Source: Hyphochytrium catenoides (lineage: Eukaryota; Protista; Hyphochytriomycota). From it: a DNA stretch of 64,000 nucleotides. The stretch lies in contig FLMG01000600.1 of assembly GCA_900088475.1 (NCBI GenBank), positions 3,388 to 67,387 on the forward strand, written 5' to 3'. The translations under genes and the position numbers were made by a program. Positions 25,642 through 38,100 of this stretch are shown piece by piece (positions within the stretch are counted from its first letter, which is position 1; every line of letters begins with the position of its first letter). The notes under the pieces were generated by a model, which saw only the letters and a list, made by a program, of their open reading frames with translations, did no database searches and was not told where the DNA came from.

Positions 25642-28600
25642 ATGACCTCCGACCCCACTAGCGACACTACGTCTGCGATGGAGAAAGTGCCACTTCCTCC
25701 TGGTGTGGGGGCGATGTTTATTAGCCAAAAAAATCTGGAGAAGTACGGGCTGCTCGAGGAGGATGGCAAGAGTGTCAAGCCCTTTAAACTCTTTCCGAAG
25801 AGCGAGATTATGGAAGAAATCCAGAAGATTGGCTTTTATTCTGATTTCTTTAACTTCAGAGATAGTCTCAAGGTCAGTGAGGTTGGTACTTAGAATGCCA
25901 AGATCCTCCTTCTGACGAACTCCGAGCAGACATATGATAGACCTGAGATCCTTGTTGCTAGTGATCCCGAGTCTGTTTATGGGGAGAACTTCATTTTGGC
26001 ACTGACTGGTGAGGCCTACGAGAATGAGACAAAGGTACAGAACAATAGTGTGAAGAGTTTCGAATTGTCTTCGACCACCCGTTAGCTAATGCTGTTCTGT
26101 ATAGAAATTGGAGATGAAAGCTAGGGAGAAGCAATTTGCGTTAGAGAAAAAAGCCGCTGAGGATAGACGACGAGAAGAGGAAGAACGAGCCATACTGACC
26201 GCCGTTTACGAAGACCGTCCAATTGTGGCAGGATCGTATCACTCTTTAACCCTGCACATCTCTGCCACCGAAGTTCAAGATCTCACTGTGAAGAACGAGA
26301 GGCCCCTGGTGAATCTCTATATGGACTACTCGCTTGATCTTCTCTTGACACATTACATGCGCCTCCAAGTAACCACCCTTCCATTCAACTTTCCATCTCG
26401 CATAGATACGAATAAACATCTCAAAGGCTGCTCACCGTCGAAATGGTCCATACAAGTTCTCCGACAAGGAAGCAGCGGACACGGCAGGTAAGCAGTCACG
26501 AGGTGTGAAAACCTGGTAATTCACAAAGGTTAATCAACTTGCTAGGATTATGCGAATGTCGCCCACACAAGGATCCAAATTTTGACCTATCGCGGGTGGT
26601 TTTGGACGCAGGGTTTCAAGCGAACGCCCTTAGTGTCAGCACTGAGACACAAACAAGCTGGTTTCGAAGTATAAATAACTCGTCGCAGGTACCGCTTTCA
26701 GAGGTGATTCTGTGGACGATGTAGCCGTTCTAAATGTCGTACTTCTTGTCCCGCATGCTACCTATAGTACACTGAGCTGGACTACGAAGCAAAGGAGAGA
26801 GAGCATTTGTTAGAGTCTCACGCCCTTGTGACCTTTTTGCGCCGAGTTCAGCCTAAGATGGAAGAAGCATTGCAACAGAATGAAACCCTTGACCCGTTTG
26901 TCGATGAGTTCTCATGGCTGGCAGAAGATGAGATTCCACTTGGAAACAAGAGCGAGAATATTGTGAAAGAACTCCGAACGTTCACAGATCTTGTGTATAG
27001 CAAAAATAAGAGCTTATCCTTCATCGATTGGCATCCGGTCAAGAAGGGTGTCTTGGCTGTCTCAGCAACTTCAAGCGGGACTTTGGAGCAACGGATTGAA
27101 CAATCGGGGAAGGTAAGAACGCAAGTAGTACCCCGGTCTTCAAATTCTTCCCACCGCTAATCAGACGTCTTGTCAATCTTTGTCAACTCCTGTTCGCCTT
27201 TGCTTAACTCATAGGCTGAGATGTCCTACGTTTTGGTTTGGAACTTTAGAGACCTGATCCATCCGCAGTTCGTGCTGGAGTCCCCTGGGGACGTGTATTG
27301 CGTCCAGTACAACCCTACTATGCCGCACCTTATTGCTGGTGGTAGCTCCACGGGTCAGGTAGTGTTATGGGACTTGTCTACAATGGAACAGAGCGCAACG
27401 GCTAAGCAAGCGAGTGGAGGTGCTTCAAGCCTTCCCGAAGAGAATGAGGAGGAAAAGACTCCGCCTCCGGTAAGAAGAAAAATAGCCACCTCTACAGGGA
27501 CTAGTATCAGTTCGATAATCTTTGGTAGCGTAGATATCTCCAGCAAGCGTCTCTTTCGTGGAGGGCAGCCACAGACGCCCGGTGGCGGATATTGCTTGGC
27601 TCCCAGCGGGAGTGGAGGTGAATAGCAACGGAAACATTCAGAAGTCAGAGGATGGTAGGGCCAGTCAATTCATAACTGTTGCCGGTGACGGTCAAGTTTG
27701 CATTTGGGACGTTCGATACAGAGAGCAATGCATCAAGAACCCTAGAATGTACAATAGGAAGGTGAGTCAGACTATATGTTAGTTGTGCCTCAATTATTTC
27801 TAAGGCCCGCTCGATTAATGTTGTGCAATCTCTTTCATTTGCAATGGTCCCAGCCCAACAAGGATGGTACACTCTCGGAGATTGTATGGATTCCGATCTT
27901 TCGGACGGTGTTGACAAAGATTGAAGGAGTTGGTGAATTTCTGCTCTCGGCGGTGGCTCTTTCCAGTCCTAGTCGAGACGAGGCGTTGAGCTTTAGCAGT
28001 CAGTTTTTTTGCGGTACAGAGGAAGGAGAGCTTGTCTACGCCGATTGGAAGGCGCAGCATTCTATTCCCTCTAATAAGAAGAGTTTAACGGGTGAAGAAA
28101 ATGGCTCAATTGAGAAGGTCCCCAGTGCTGACAAGACCGGTAACCCGGGGGACTCTTCGGGCCAGGACCATGTGCTCTGGTGTAGTCAGGATCATTTCCG
28201 CCCTTGCTTGGGGTTGCGCCGTTCACCTTTTCATGTACAGCTTATTGTCAGCGTGGGAGATTGGTCATTCAATTTGTGGAAAGAGGGTCTGCAGTTGCCT
28301 ATATTTAGCTCTCCGATATCTTCAACCTATCTAAGTTGCGCGGCATGGTCACCTACTAGGCCTTCGGTTCTTATGGTCGGTCGGATCGATGGCAACCTGG
28401 ACGTCTGGGATCTGGCTGACCAGTCTCACAAGCCTGCCCTAGTCGTGAACGTAGCTCCGTATCCGATCACTTCGCTGCAATTCTGGTGGCATCCGACGTC
28501 AGGAGCCAAACAACAGCTATTAGCGGTAGGAGATGCCAATGGTAACCTCCATATTCTGGACCTTCCAAGAAATCTCTGGCGCCCAATTCCCAACGAGCAG

Positions 28601-28852
28601 GATTTTATGGAAGCTTTTATCGCACGCGAAGTGGGTCGGGTAGAATATTTGAAGAGCCGTCAATCGGGAAAGACCGACCACGCGCCTCCCTTGGCTATAG
28701 ACAACAGAGAGCAAGTGGGTGGTCAAGAAAATAGTGGCACCACTCAGGAAGCTCTTCGTTTCAAGACTGATGAAGCATTAGAGGCTGAGTACCAAGAGTT
28801 GGAAGCACAGTTCCGACAGCAGTTCTCGGGAACGAATAAACAACAGCTATGA
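25642..28852 (+). CDS. DNAI3: Axonemal inner-arm dynein intermediate chain IC140/WDR63 (WD40); multi-exon
   Basis: N-terminal PFKLFPKSEIMEEIQKIGFYSDF, MEEALQQNETLDPF, ELRTFTDLVYSKNK..IDWHP, VLVWNFRDLIHPQFVLESP, IAGGSSTGQVVLWD, SHRRPVADIAWLP, FFCGTEEGELVYADW, SVGDWSFNLWKEG, WSPTRPSVL..DVWDLADQSHKP and LAVGDANGNLHILDLPRNL. Confidence 0.88.
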
Positions 28853-29115
28853 CGGCCCTATAGGAAGAGGTGCATTGCAGCTGGAACTTTTTATCATTTA
28901 TTTGGAAGCATCTTCTTTGGGTCTTTAGGACAACAGCAAGGCTTGTAACTAAACAACTAGATTAGAACCATTTAAGATAACGACACTCGTACTATTTGGC
29001 AAAAACTCTACTCTACGTGCTTCATGTTGCTACCTATCTACTACGAGTATTTGATTGGCATAAATGTGGTTTGTTGATGCTACAACGTGCTACTCTATTT
29101 TACGTCAATGATATC

Positions 29116-32100
29116 CTAGGATTGTAAGGCAGCCACCCGCCACTTACTATTGATGCAAATGGCAAGTTGCGATGTGGTGAAACGAAGCTCACCCTCCTCG
29201 ATACAGGAGTCTCCTGCGGTAACAGCGAGATTTACCGGGAAGACAGCGCCAACAACGTTCACAGAACCTTGAAGCCTTACTGAGCCTTCAAAGATTGCTG
29301 CACCGTCTACCCCCAAAGTTGTCGTTTCGATTGTGACCGAGGTCGTTGCAGAGAGACTTATGGTGGAAGATTCCAGTGCGACCCTGTTGCTGTCTAAGCT
29401 CATCACTTCCGAGGCGGATGTTCCCGAGTAACCCAGAATAGATCCAGTGCTCCCACCATCTCCGCTGCGTAGAATCACATTTCCTCCACTCGCGGTGCCC
29501 TCACCTGCCACGATGTTGACTGAGCCACCAGCAGACGAGTCTGAGGCTCCACCGATAATCTCTATGGATCCGCCAGGAGACGAGCCGGATGTACCCACAG
29601 AGAGCGTAATCTTACCAGCTGTGCCGGTTGCTGGCGAGGTAGCAAGGAAAAGGTTTCCACTTACGGTTGACAGCCTGCCAGTTGAAAGAGAAATGCTTCC
29701 GTCGGTTCCCGACAGAGCCATTTTCGCCGCTAGCTCCGTGGGGGTCGCGCCAGACGTTATCGTTACACTGCCATGGGTTGTGCTACCAAGCCCAGCGGTG
29801 ATGGCAATTGCTCCGCCCAGAGTCCCTCCTGCTCCTCCTGATAACATCACATCACCACCTTCTGATGATGCAGAACTGCCACCTACGAGTGTAATCTTTC
29901 CGGCCATGGATGACGCTTCGCCAGCGGCAATGGTCACGTTGCCTGAGGCCGAACCAGAACCGGTCGTCAGAGACATGGATCCACTAGTTGCTGCTGCAGA
30001 ACCTGTTGAGAACGTAATGGAACCCCCTGACGATGCAGAGTCGGGCGTGGAGATCATTACGGCCCCAGCGGCTCCAGAATCGCTACTACCTGATATGAGG
30101 GTAAGCAATCCTCCAGTAAGTGTGGTCGCGGCTCCGGCTTGGATGCGGATTTCACCACCCCGGGCTCCATCGCCACCTTTTACAGTCAGGGCTCCGCCCT
30201 CAGAACCTAATGCGGAAGTGCTACCTGCCTCTAACTCTAGGCTGCTGCCCGCGCTCGTTCCGCTGAGACCTACACTTACGGAAATGGTGCCTGCCGAGGT
30301 TGACCCTGTTCCCGTTGTCAGGGTTATCTGGCCCGACGATGCGCCCGAACTACTACCTGTGTTCAGATTCACATTGCCGGAAGCACCATCGCTGTTTCCA
30401 GTCCTGACAGCAACCTTTCCACTTGTGCCTGCTAAGTTGTTTGCTGACTTCACACTGACATCACCGCTGCCAGACCCTGATCCACCTTGGCCTGATATGA
30501 GGCCAAGCGAACCGCCACCCAGGATACCTGCTCCACCACTGACTTCTACTCCTCCGCCGAAGGCAGCGCTAGAACCACCAGCTGAGAGAGCTATTGCTCC
30601 CCCATTGGCTCCAGCGTTGCCAACACTAAGGAGAATGGAACCAGCACTTGTGCTTGAAGAACCAGTACGCAGACGAACAGACCCTGACGTGCCGGTCCCT
30701 GCGGAACTTCCGGTGGACAGCTCAATGGTTCCGCTCGTGCTATTGACTGCTGGTGGGGTTTGAATATTTACGGCTCCTGATTGGGCGCCGCTGCTGCCAC
30801 CAGAACTCACCGTCACACTTCCTCCGTTGGCGCCAAACCCGTTTCCTGCAACTAAACTAAGAAGACCACCAGCTTGAGCCATACTGGTCCCAAAAGCACT
30901 TCCACCACTGATAAATACGGATCCTGGTGCTTCAAGGTTGTCGGAAGTCCTACCACCTGTGAGGAAAATGTTCCCTCCTCCTCCATTCGTGCCTGTGCCA
31001 CCGCTCAATACGATACTTCCCGCATCTCCTCCAACCGCATTACCGGTGGAAAGATGTATTGATCCAGTAGATCCACCAGTGGACGACCCAGAAGCCATTT
31101 TCAAGAACCCCGTTGAGATCGAAGTTGCCGTAGAGGTCAATATATTGCCGCTTTGAAGCCCTCCAGCCCCAGCCTCCAGAATCACGTTTCCTCCAGTCCC
31201 CACTGGGGCGGACGCCGAGCTAAGTCTTATGTGTCCGGATTGCCCGGTTCCCGTGTGCGCACCTGCAAGAAGGCTGACGTCTCCTGAGATACTAGAAGCT
31301 GTTCCTGAGGAAATGGTGACGGCACCTGACGCTGCACCAAGGGATCCAGAATGCACTGCAACAGTTCCAGTATTTCCTGAAGTTGCCGCGTCGCCAGACT
31401 GGAGTCTTACGCCTCCAGTGACGATTTGGCCGCCACCTCCTTCAATAAGTATACCTCCTCCATTGCCCACTGATGCTCCCGCACGCAGAGTTATAGATCC
31501 ACTCATAGCGCCAGCACTGCTGCCGGCACTAATGGTAATATGTCCACTCACACCATCACTAGCGGCCCCACTTTCAAGATTCACAGCCCCTGAGCCCATT
31601 GATCCAACCCCAGATTTAATGTTAACGCCGCCCGTGTTGTCGGATTGCCCAGAGGAGACTAGAACAGACCCGCTGTATCCGCCACCCAGCTGACTGATGC
31701 CTGATGTAAGCCTAAGAGTTCCCCCAGTAGCCTGCTGGCCTGTACCGGCAGTCAACGCAAGCTCTCCACCTTCGTCTCCTCCTCCTGCTTGCAACAGTAG
31801 CTCGCCGCCCGCACTCAATGAGCTCGGACCAACACTTAAGGTTATTGAGCCAGCCGAAGAGGCGGCTCCCGACCCGATTACCAGTGAGCCTGAAGTACCA
31901 TCTTGCACCGCAGGACTACCAATAACTATAGCACCACTGACCGTACTGCCAAAGCCGCTGGATAGTAGCAAGGAGCCACCAGTGGCGGCTGTTCCAGCTG
32001 GCAGGGTGATAGATCCTCCTGCAGCACCCGCGCTAAGTTCCAGTTCACCGCTTGTGAGCCCATCACCTGCCTCCAGGTGAATGCTCCCAGCTACACCGGC

Positions 32101-35100
32101 AGCAGCATCGCCAGTCCTAAGAGATATAGAACCCGTATTTCCCGCAATAGAAGATCCTGAAGAGAGCACCATAGATCCACTGTTCCCAGCAGGGCCCGTG
32201 TCCGCCGTGGAGATAATAGTTGCTCCGCTTCCGGCTGAGCCGGCACCGCTCTGAAGGTTGACGTGACCTCCTAGACCTGGAGATCCTAGTCCGCCATTGA
32301 TTGTCACTCTGCCTCCCTCGTATCCGACACCAGCCTCAAAGGACAGGGGGCCGCCGTACGACGAAACAGGCGCTGGAGCTCCTGTGCCATCTTGCAGAGA
32401 GTTACCACCAAAGATGCTCACGCCAGCACCGTCGCCGGTGGCACTATAGCCGGCACTCATCGTTATCTGACCTGCGCTTCCCTGTGTGTAGGCATCGCCA
32501 GTTGCGATAAGGACGTTTCCGGTGTTGCCGACATTCGACTTCATCCTTGTCCTGATCGTTACGTGCCCAGTGCGCCCAGGTTCATCAGCCGAACCGCTTA
32601 GAAGATTGATATTACCCCCATTGCTACCAGCGCCGCCATCAACTTTAACATCACCACCACTGCCACCACTGCTCATACCCCCGTATAATCGTAGCTCCCC
32701 ACCGGTTGCGGAACCAATTCCAGATGACAACATGATATACCCTCCCACTCCGCTCTGGGACAGTCCCGCAGAAATTTCCACATGGCCTCCATGGCTCCCA
32801 TCACCTACCGATAGTTGAATAGTTCCAGCTTTGGCAGTTGCCGACTTTCCAGTTGCAAGTGACACGTCGCCGCTCGCTAGGTTGGGAGTGAAGCTTTGTC
32901 CCGTCAGCAGCTCGATAGACCCGCTCATGCCCCATGCTCCTCCATCAGCAGTGAGAAGGCTAATCATGCCGCTAGAGGTGGCACTTCCAGCTCCACTCAG
33001 AAGATGAACGGAGCCTCCTGTCGCTACATTGGATTGACCTCCTGCGATTTCTACTGATCCTCCACTCCCTCCAAAGAAGCTTGAGCTTGAGCCGCCCACA
33101 AGTGAGACCTCTCCGCCAACACCATTGAGCTCCCGACTTGCGTTGCCTGCAGCTAGAGATACGGACCCACTCAGGCTGTCCTTGCTACCACCAGCCTGCA
33201 GAAGAATGCTCCCGCCCTCACCCCACACCGAAGACCCAGAGGACACAATCACTGAGCCGGCATCAGAGGCAATAGAGTCACCAGTGCTTACAGTAAGCTC
33301 TCCACTAGTGCCAGATGAGCCACCTTCTGGGGTTCCAAGAGAGATGCTACCACTGCTGCCTGTCACACTTGATCCGCTCCTAATGGTTATCGTGCCTCCG
33401 CTGAAGCTGTCTTCCCCTGGACCTTTTGCAGCAGAGTCTCCAGCAGAAATAAGGATATGACCTCCACCGTAGCTACCCACTCCAGCATCCAATGTAATGT
33501 TACCAGTGGTTGAGTTGGACAATCCAGTTCCCAGTAGTATATTGCCAGACCCTCCCTTGACCCCTCCAATCCCGGTCTTTATCTCAATAAAACCAGATCC
33601 TCCCAGCGGAGCCCCGTTCGCGGTATTAATGGCAACATTCCCACTTTCACCACTATTAGCAGATCCACCACTTCCACTCGTTATCGAGATTGATCCCCCA
33701 CTTGAGCCTTCAGATGCGCTTCCTGCGACCAATCTCAAGTCCCCGCCAAAGGACCCAGAACCGGCATAAGCAAAGATTGATCCCCCTTTACCAGTGGCAC
33801 CAATGTTGTTACTAGCGAGAAGCTCGATGGGGTTTGCCTCCATGGATGAGTGGCTGTCTCCCATACCGAGTGCTATCCCTCCAGCCCTGCCCTCATTGCT
33901 GGAGCCCGTATATACGGAGATGCCCCCCGTATCTCCCCTAAGGGATGCCCCACTTGATAGTGACACCAACCCACTATCTCCTGAGCTAGCAAAACCAGTT
34001 CCAAGCGACACACTGCCGGAAACACTGCCAGTCCCACTTCTGAGCCCAAGCGTTCCTCCTTGGTCTTTAGCGGAGCCAGCTTCAAGCATGATCGATCCAC
34101 CGGGGGAGGAGTCAGTGGACCCGATACCACTAGTCCCAGCGGTAATCGCAATAGAGCCTCCTTGACCATGGGCTCTGGTGCCTTGAGAAGACCCCGCCGC
34201 AATTGAAACAGAACCACCCCGAGCCTGACCACTTAGCCCTGCGGACAAAACGATGTCTCCACCAGCTCTCTGAAGACTCCCACCGGCAGAAATGTTGAGA
34301 GCCCCTGCCGAATGCCTTATCGTTGACCCGGTCGCAACCGTCAGAGAACCACTACTCTGGTCACTATTACCAGTGACCATAGCTAAATGTCCGCTATTTG
34401 TGCCCAACCCGCTTTTGTTTGCGGTTCCTGTTTGAACCAATATAGCTCCGGAACCACTATGCGGCTCAGCATTTGAAGCCAATCCCGAGACCAGGGTGAT
34501 ATCCCCCCCTTTTTCAGTGCTGTTGCCGCCGCGCAGCTGAAGGCTTCCACCTCGCCCAGAGTACGGGTCGGAGGCGGACCCTGCANNNNNNNNNNNNNNN
34601 NNNNNNNNNNNNNNNNNNNNNNNNNNNNNATAATTGAAATGGAACCAGAAACGCCTCCAGACTTAGAATGGCCCGTCGCAATGGCAATATTTCCACTATC
34701 TCCCATATCCGAAGGACCGGTAGATAGCATCATAGCTCCGGAGGTTTTACTGTTTTCGGTATCTTGTGTCGACATTAGAATTGATCCACCGCCAGCTGCT
34801 CGGAGTTGCACATCACCACCCTGCCACATCTCAGAACCTGCTGAACTTATACGAACGGATCCACCACGATGCTTTCCACTACCGGAAGCTAAAGTGACGT
34901 CGCCACCAAGTCCTGTGGCAGAAGTGCCTGCAGACATCATGACATGACCTGCGACACCATCATAGGAATCGACTCCTCCCCCGGTACCAAACTCAGTACT
35001 CTTACCGGCTGTAAAGGCAATGTCACCAGCCTTCCCGCCGGCAGAGGCGTCCCCTGTGATGAGCGAGAGGTCACCGGTCCTTGATGCCCCATCAGAGAAC

Positions 35101-38100
35101 TCTTTGTCCCTTCCACCGCCTGTTTCGAGCTTTATGGATCCGCTCATGCCTCCGCGCTTGGGGTTTGCTGTTAACATATGAATGATTCCACTAACTGACG
35201 TCCGTCCTCCTCCACCGCTGTGAATTCCTATAGAGCCACCTTGAGACTGCTGGGAGCTACCAGCAGTGATGTCAACAAAGCCGCCACTACCACCACTTCT
35301 GCTGAAGCTAGATCCGGCGGTCAAAGAGACAGCGCCACCATGTCCGTTGAAGTCCTTGGTAGTGTTACCACCTGCGATGTCAATTGAACCACCTGAACCT
35401 TCCCTGCTCAGACCAGCTCCAAGGAGAACACCGCCAGCTTGACCATAACCGGATGTTCCCGAGTTGAGCTTAATGGAGCCTGACATCGACCCTAAGGCGT
35501 CGCCGGTACTGAGAACTAGATGACCTGTGCGGCTTTGTAGCGATGTCAAGGATTCATTCTGAGCTGCAGCGGTTCCAAGATAGAGCTCTCCACTATTTCC
35601 ACTAAGGCTTGACCCAGTTTTAAGTGATACACTGCCACCGGCGAAGTGCTCACTGCCGAGCTCATCTCCAATGGAGGCACCTGCCTCCACAAGTACTTGT
35701 CCTCCTCCTCCGCCTGCAGACCCTGCGCGGACAGTAATACCCCCACTGAGACTATGTGAAGATCCTGTAAGTATGCTCACTTCTCCCGAGGAGAGCTTGC
35801 CACCAGAGCCGGTTGAGAGATTTATACTTCCCGACCCTGCCCCATAAGGCGACCGGTTGTTTGCACTCAAGAGAAGCACATCCCCGCTGCTATCCTTTTG
35901 GCTTCCACCACTTTTGATGGATACTTGCCCTCCCTTTGACAATGATGTTGAACTAGTGCCTGCGGAGATCTCAAGACTCCCACCTTGGTTGCCGTCCCCG
36001 GCTCTTGCCAGCAGGAACCCACCCCTGCCTCCACTGATGTCTCCTGCGGACAGCTCAATAGAACCAGCTGCATTACCGTCTGCGTCTTCGCCAACGGCCT
36101 GACTCTTCCCCACGGCGAGCGTAATCGTGCCAGCCCTTGCTCCGACACTAGTACCAGTAGACATGACGATGCTGCCGGAAAAAGCGTTAGATGAGGAACC
36201 AGTTCTTATGCTTATTGACCCGGAATTGTCTGCCGAGGGAGCGGATTCAAGAGAGGCATTTCCGGATTGCCGTCCCATGCCGCTCTTGACTTCGACGGCA
36301 CCACCAAGATCCGCTGAGGATGATCCGGCCCTCAGGGTTAACCTACCACCTGACGCGCCAAAACGGCTCATAGTATTACCGGCTTTGATAGCAACGGACC
36401 CACCATGGCCACCATTAACCGAGTCTCCCCCGGAGAGAGTCACCCCGCCCCCAGTCTTCTCGTCGCTGCTACCACCCACCATAGTCAGATTGCCGGCTGC
36501 GGCTCTAACACTTGATCCGGTAGTCAGCCGGATCGTCCCACTTTGACTTTCAGCGTCACCACTTCCGATGGAAATTGCACCTGAAGACAATTTCTGACTA
36601 TGACCGGTGTTGAGGACTATTGATCCAGAGCCGAGAAGGTTACGTAAGTCTTCGCCGATCTCAGGGGTAGGGGACGAAGGAGTTACAATCCCCACATGAC
36701 CGCTTTCGTGCCGGGCTGACCTCCCGCTTTCAATCTTGACGTTACCACCGCTACTTCCATGGCTGTTTCCAGCTTGAAGCACAGTATCGCCTCCTTTCCC
36801 TGACATCTCGTTACTGGCGCTTCCAGCTAATAATTTCAGCCCTCCTCCTGATGCTTCTTTACCGGTCATTGAGCCACTTTGCATAATGATGTCACTGCCC
36901 AACCCTTCTACTCCTTGTCCCGCCACCACAGAGATGCTTCCTCCCGCCTGGCTCTTAGAAGCACCACTCAACAGATCCAATGTGGAACCACTGCCCTTCG
37001 AAATTGCATCTCCAGCCTTAATTCGAATTCCCGCTTCACTATTCTCGACAATACTTCCGCTAGAAGCCATAGTTTCAATGTCAATGCGCCCACTACCCTG
37101 TGCACCGGATGCGGCTTGCAAATAGATGTTGCCTCCCACACCGACCATAGGCCCCGCAGAGCCACTGCTGATGCGGACATCTCCTCCTCTTGCTTCTGAG
37201 CTATTTCCAGCTCTAAGCAGAATATTTCCACCCCTATTGTCGCCTGCTTCCACAGACACATCGCCATAACTCGATTTCATGTGGATATCTCCACCCTTGC
37301 CGGACGGCAGATTTTGGTAGCCCATACCGTCACCAAGTACCCCGGCTTCGATCGTTATGCTACCTGCAAGAGCAGGACCTTTCTCGATACCTCCTGTCTG
37401 AAGTGCCAGCGACCCCGAGGCCCGCTGGCTCTTTCCAGAGGCCAGAATGACATCCCCGCTCACGTCTGCCTCGCCAGATCGCAGGGCCAGTGAACCGGAT
37501 CTCGCCTCTCTTGAAGAACCAGTTCCGAGATGCAAATAGCCAGAAGTTCCAAGTCGAGTATTGCCAGAGTGCAAGGTTACATTACCGCTNNNNNNNNNNN
37601 NNNNNNNNNNNNNNNNNNNNNNNNCGCCCGCCACTTATCGAAATCGCGCCACCATTTGAGTTAGCAGAGGAGCCACCAGTGAGCGCTACTCCTCCAGCTG
37701 TAAGTGAGGAACTTATAGCATTTGCTCCACTGAGCTTGATAGAGCCTCCGCGGACTGCTCCTACACCAGACCGGATGGTCACGTTTCCTCCATTTCCGTC
37801 CAACGACTCTCCAGAAGAGATGCTTACGTCTCCACTTGAGCCATAAGACGCAGAACCAGAGAAAATGCGGATATCACCAGAGTTACCGGACGCGCTGTGG
37901 TTTCCTGATCCCACTGATACATCACCACTGCTTCCTTTATAGGACGAGGACAAGCTATTCCCACTCTGTAGTAAAATTGCTCCTCCATCACCTTCGGTCG
38001 CTGAGCCTGCTGAAAGCAAGACATGACCCCCGTTTGAAGAAGCCATAGAGGACCTCGTAGATCCAGCCTGAATGACGATCCCACCGGCTGGGGAAGGATT

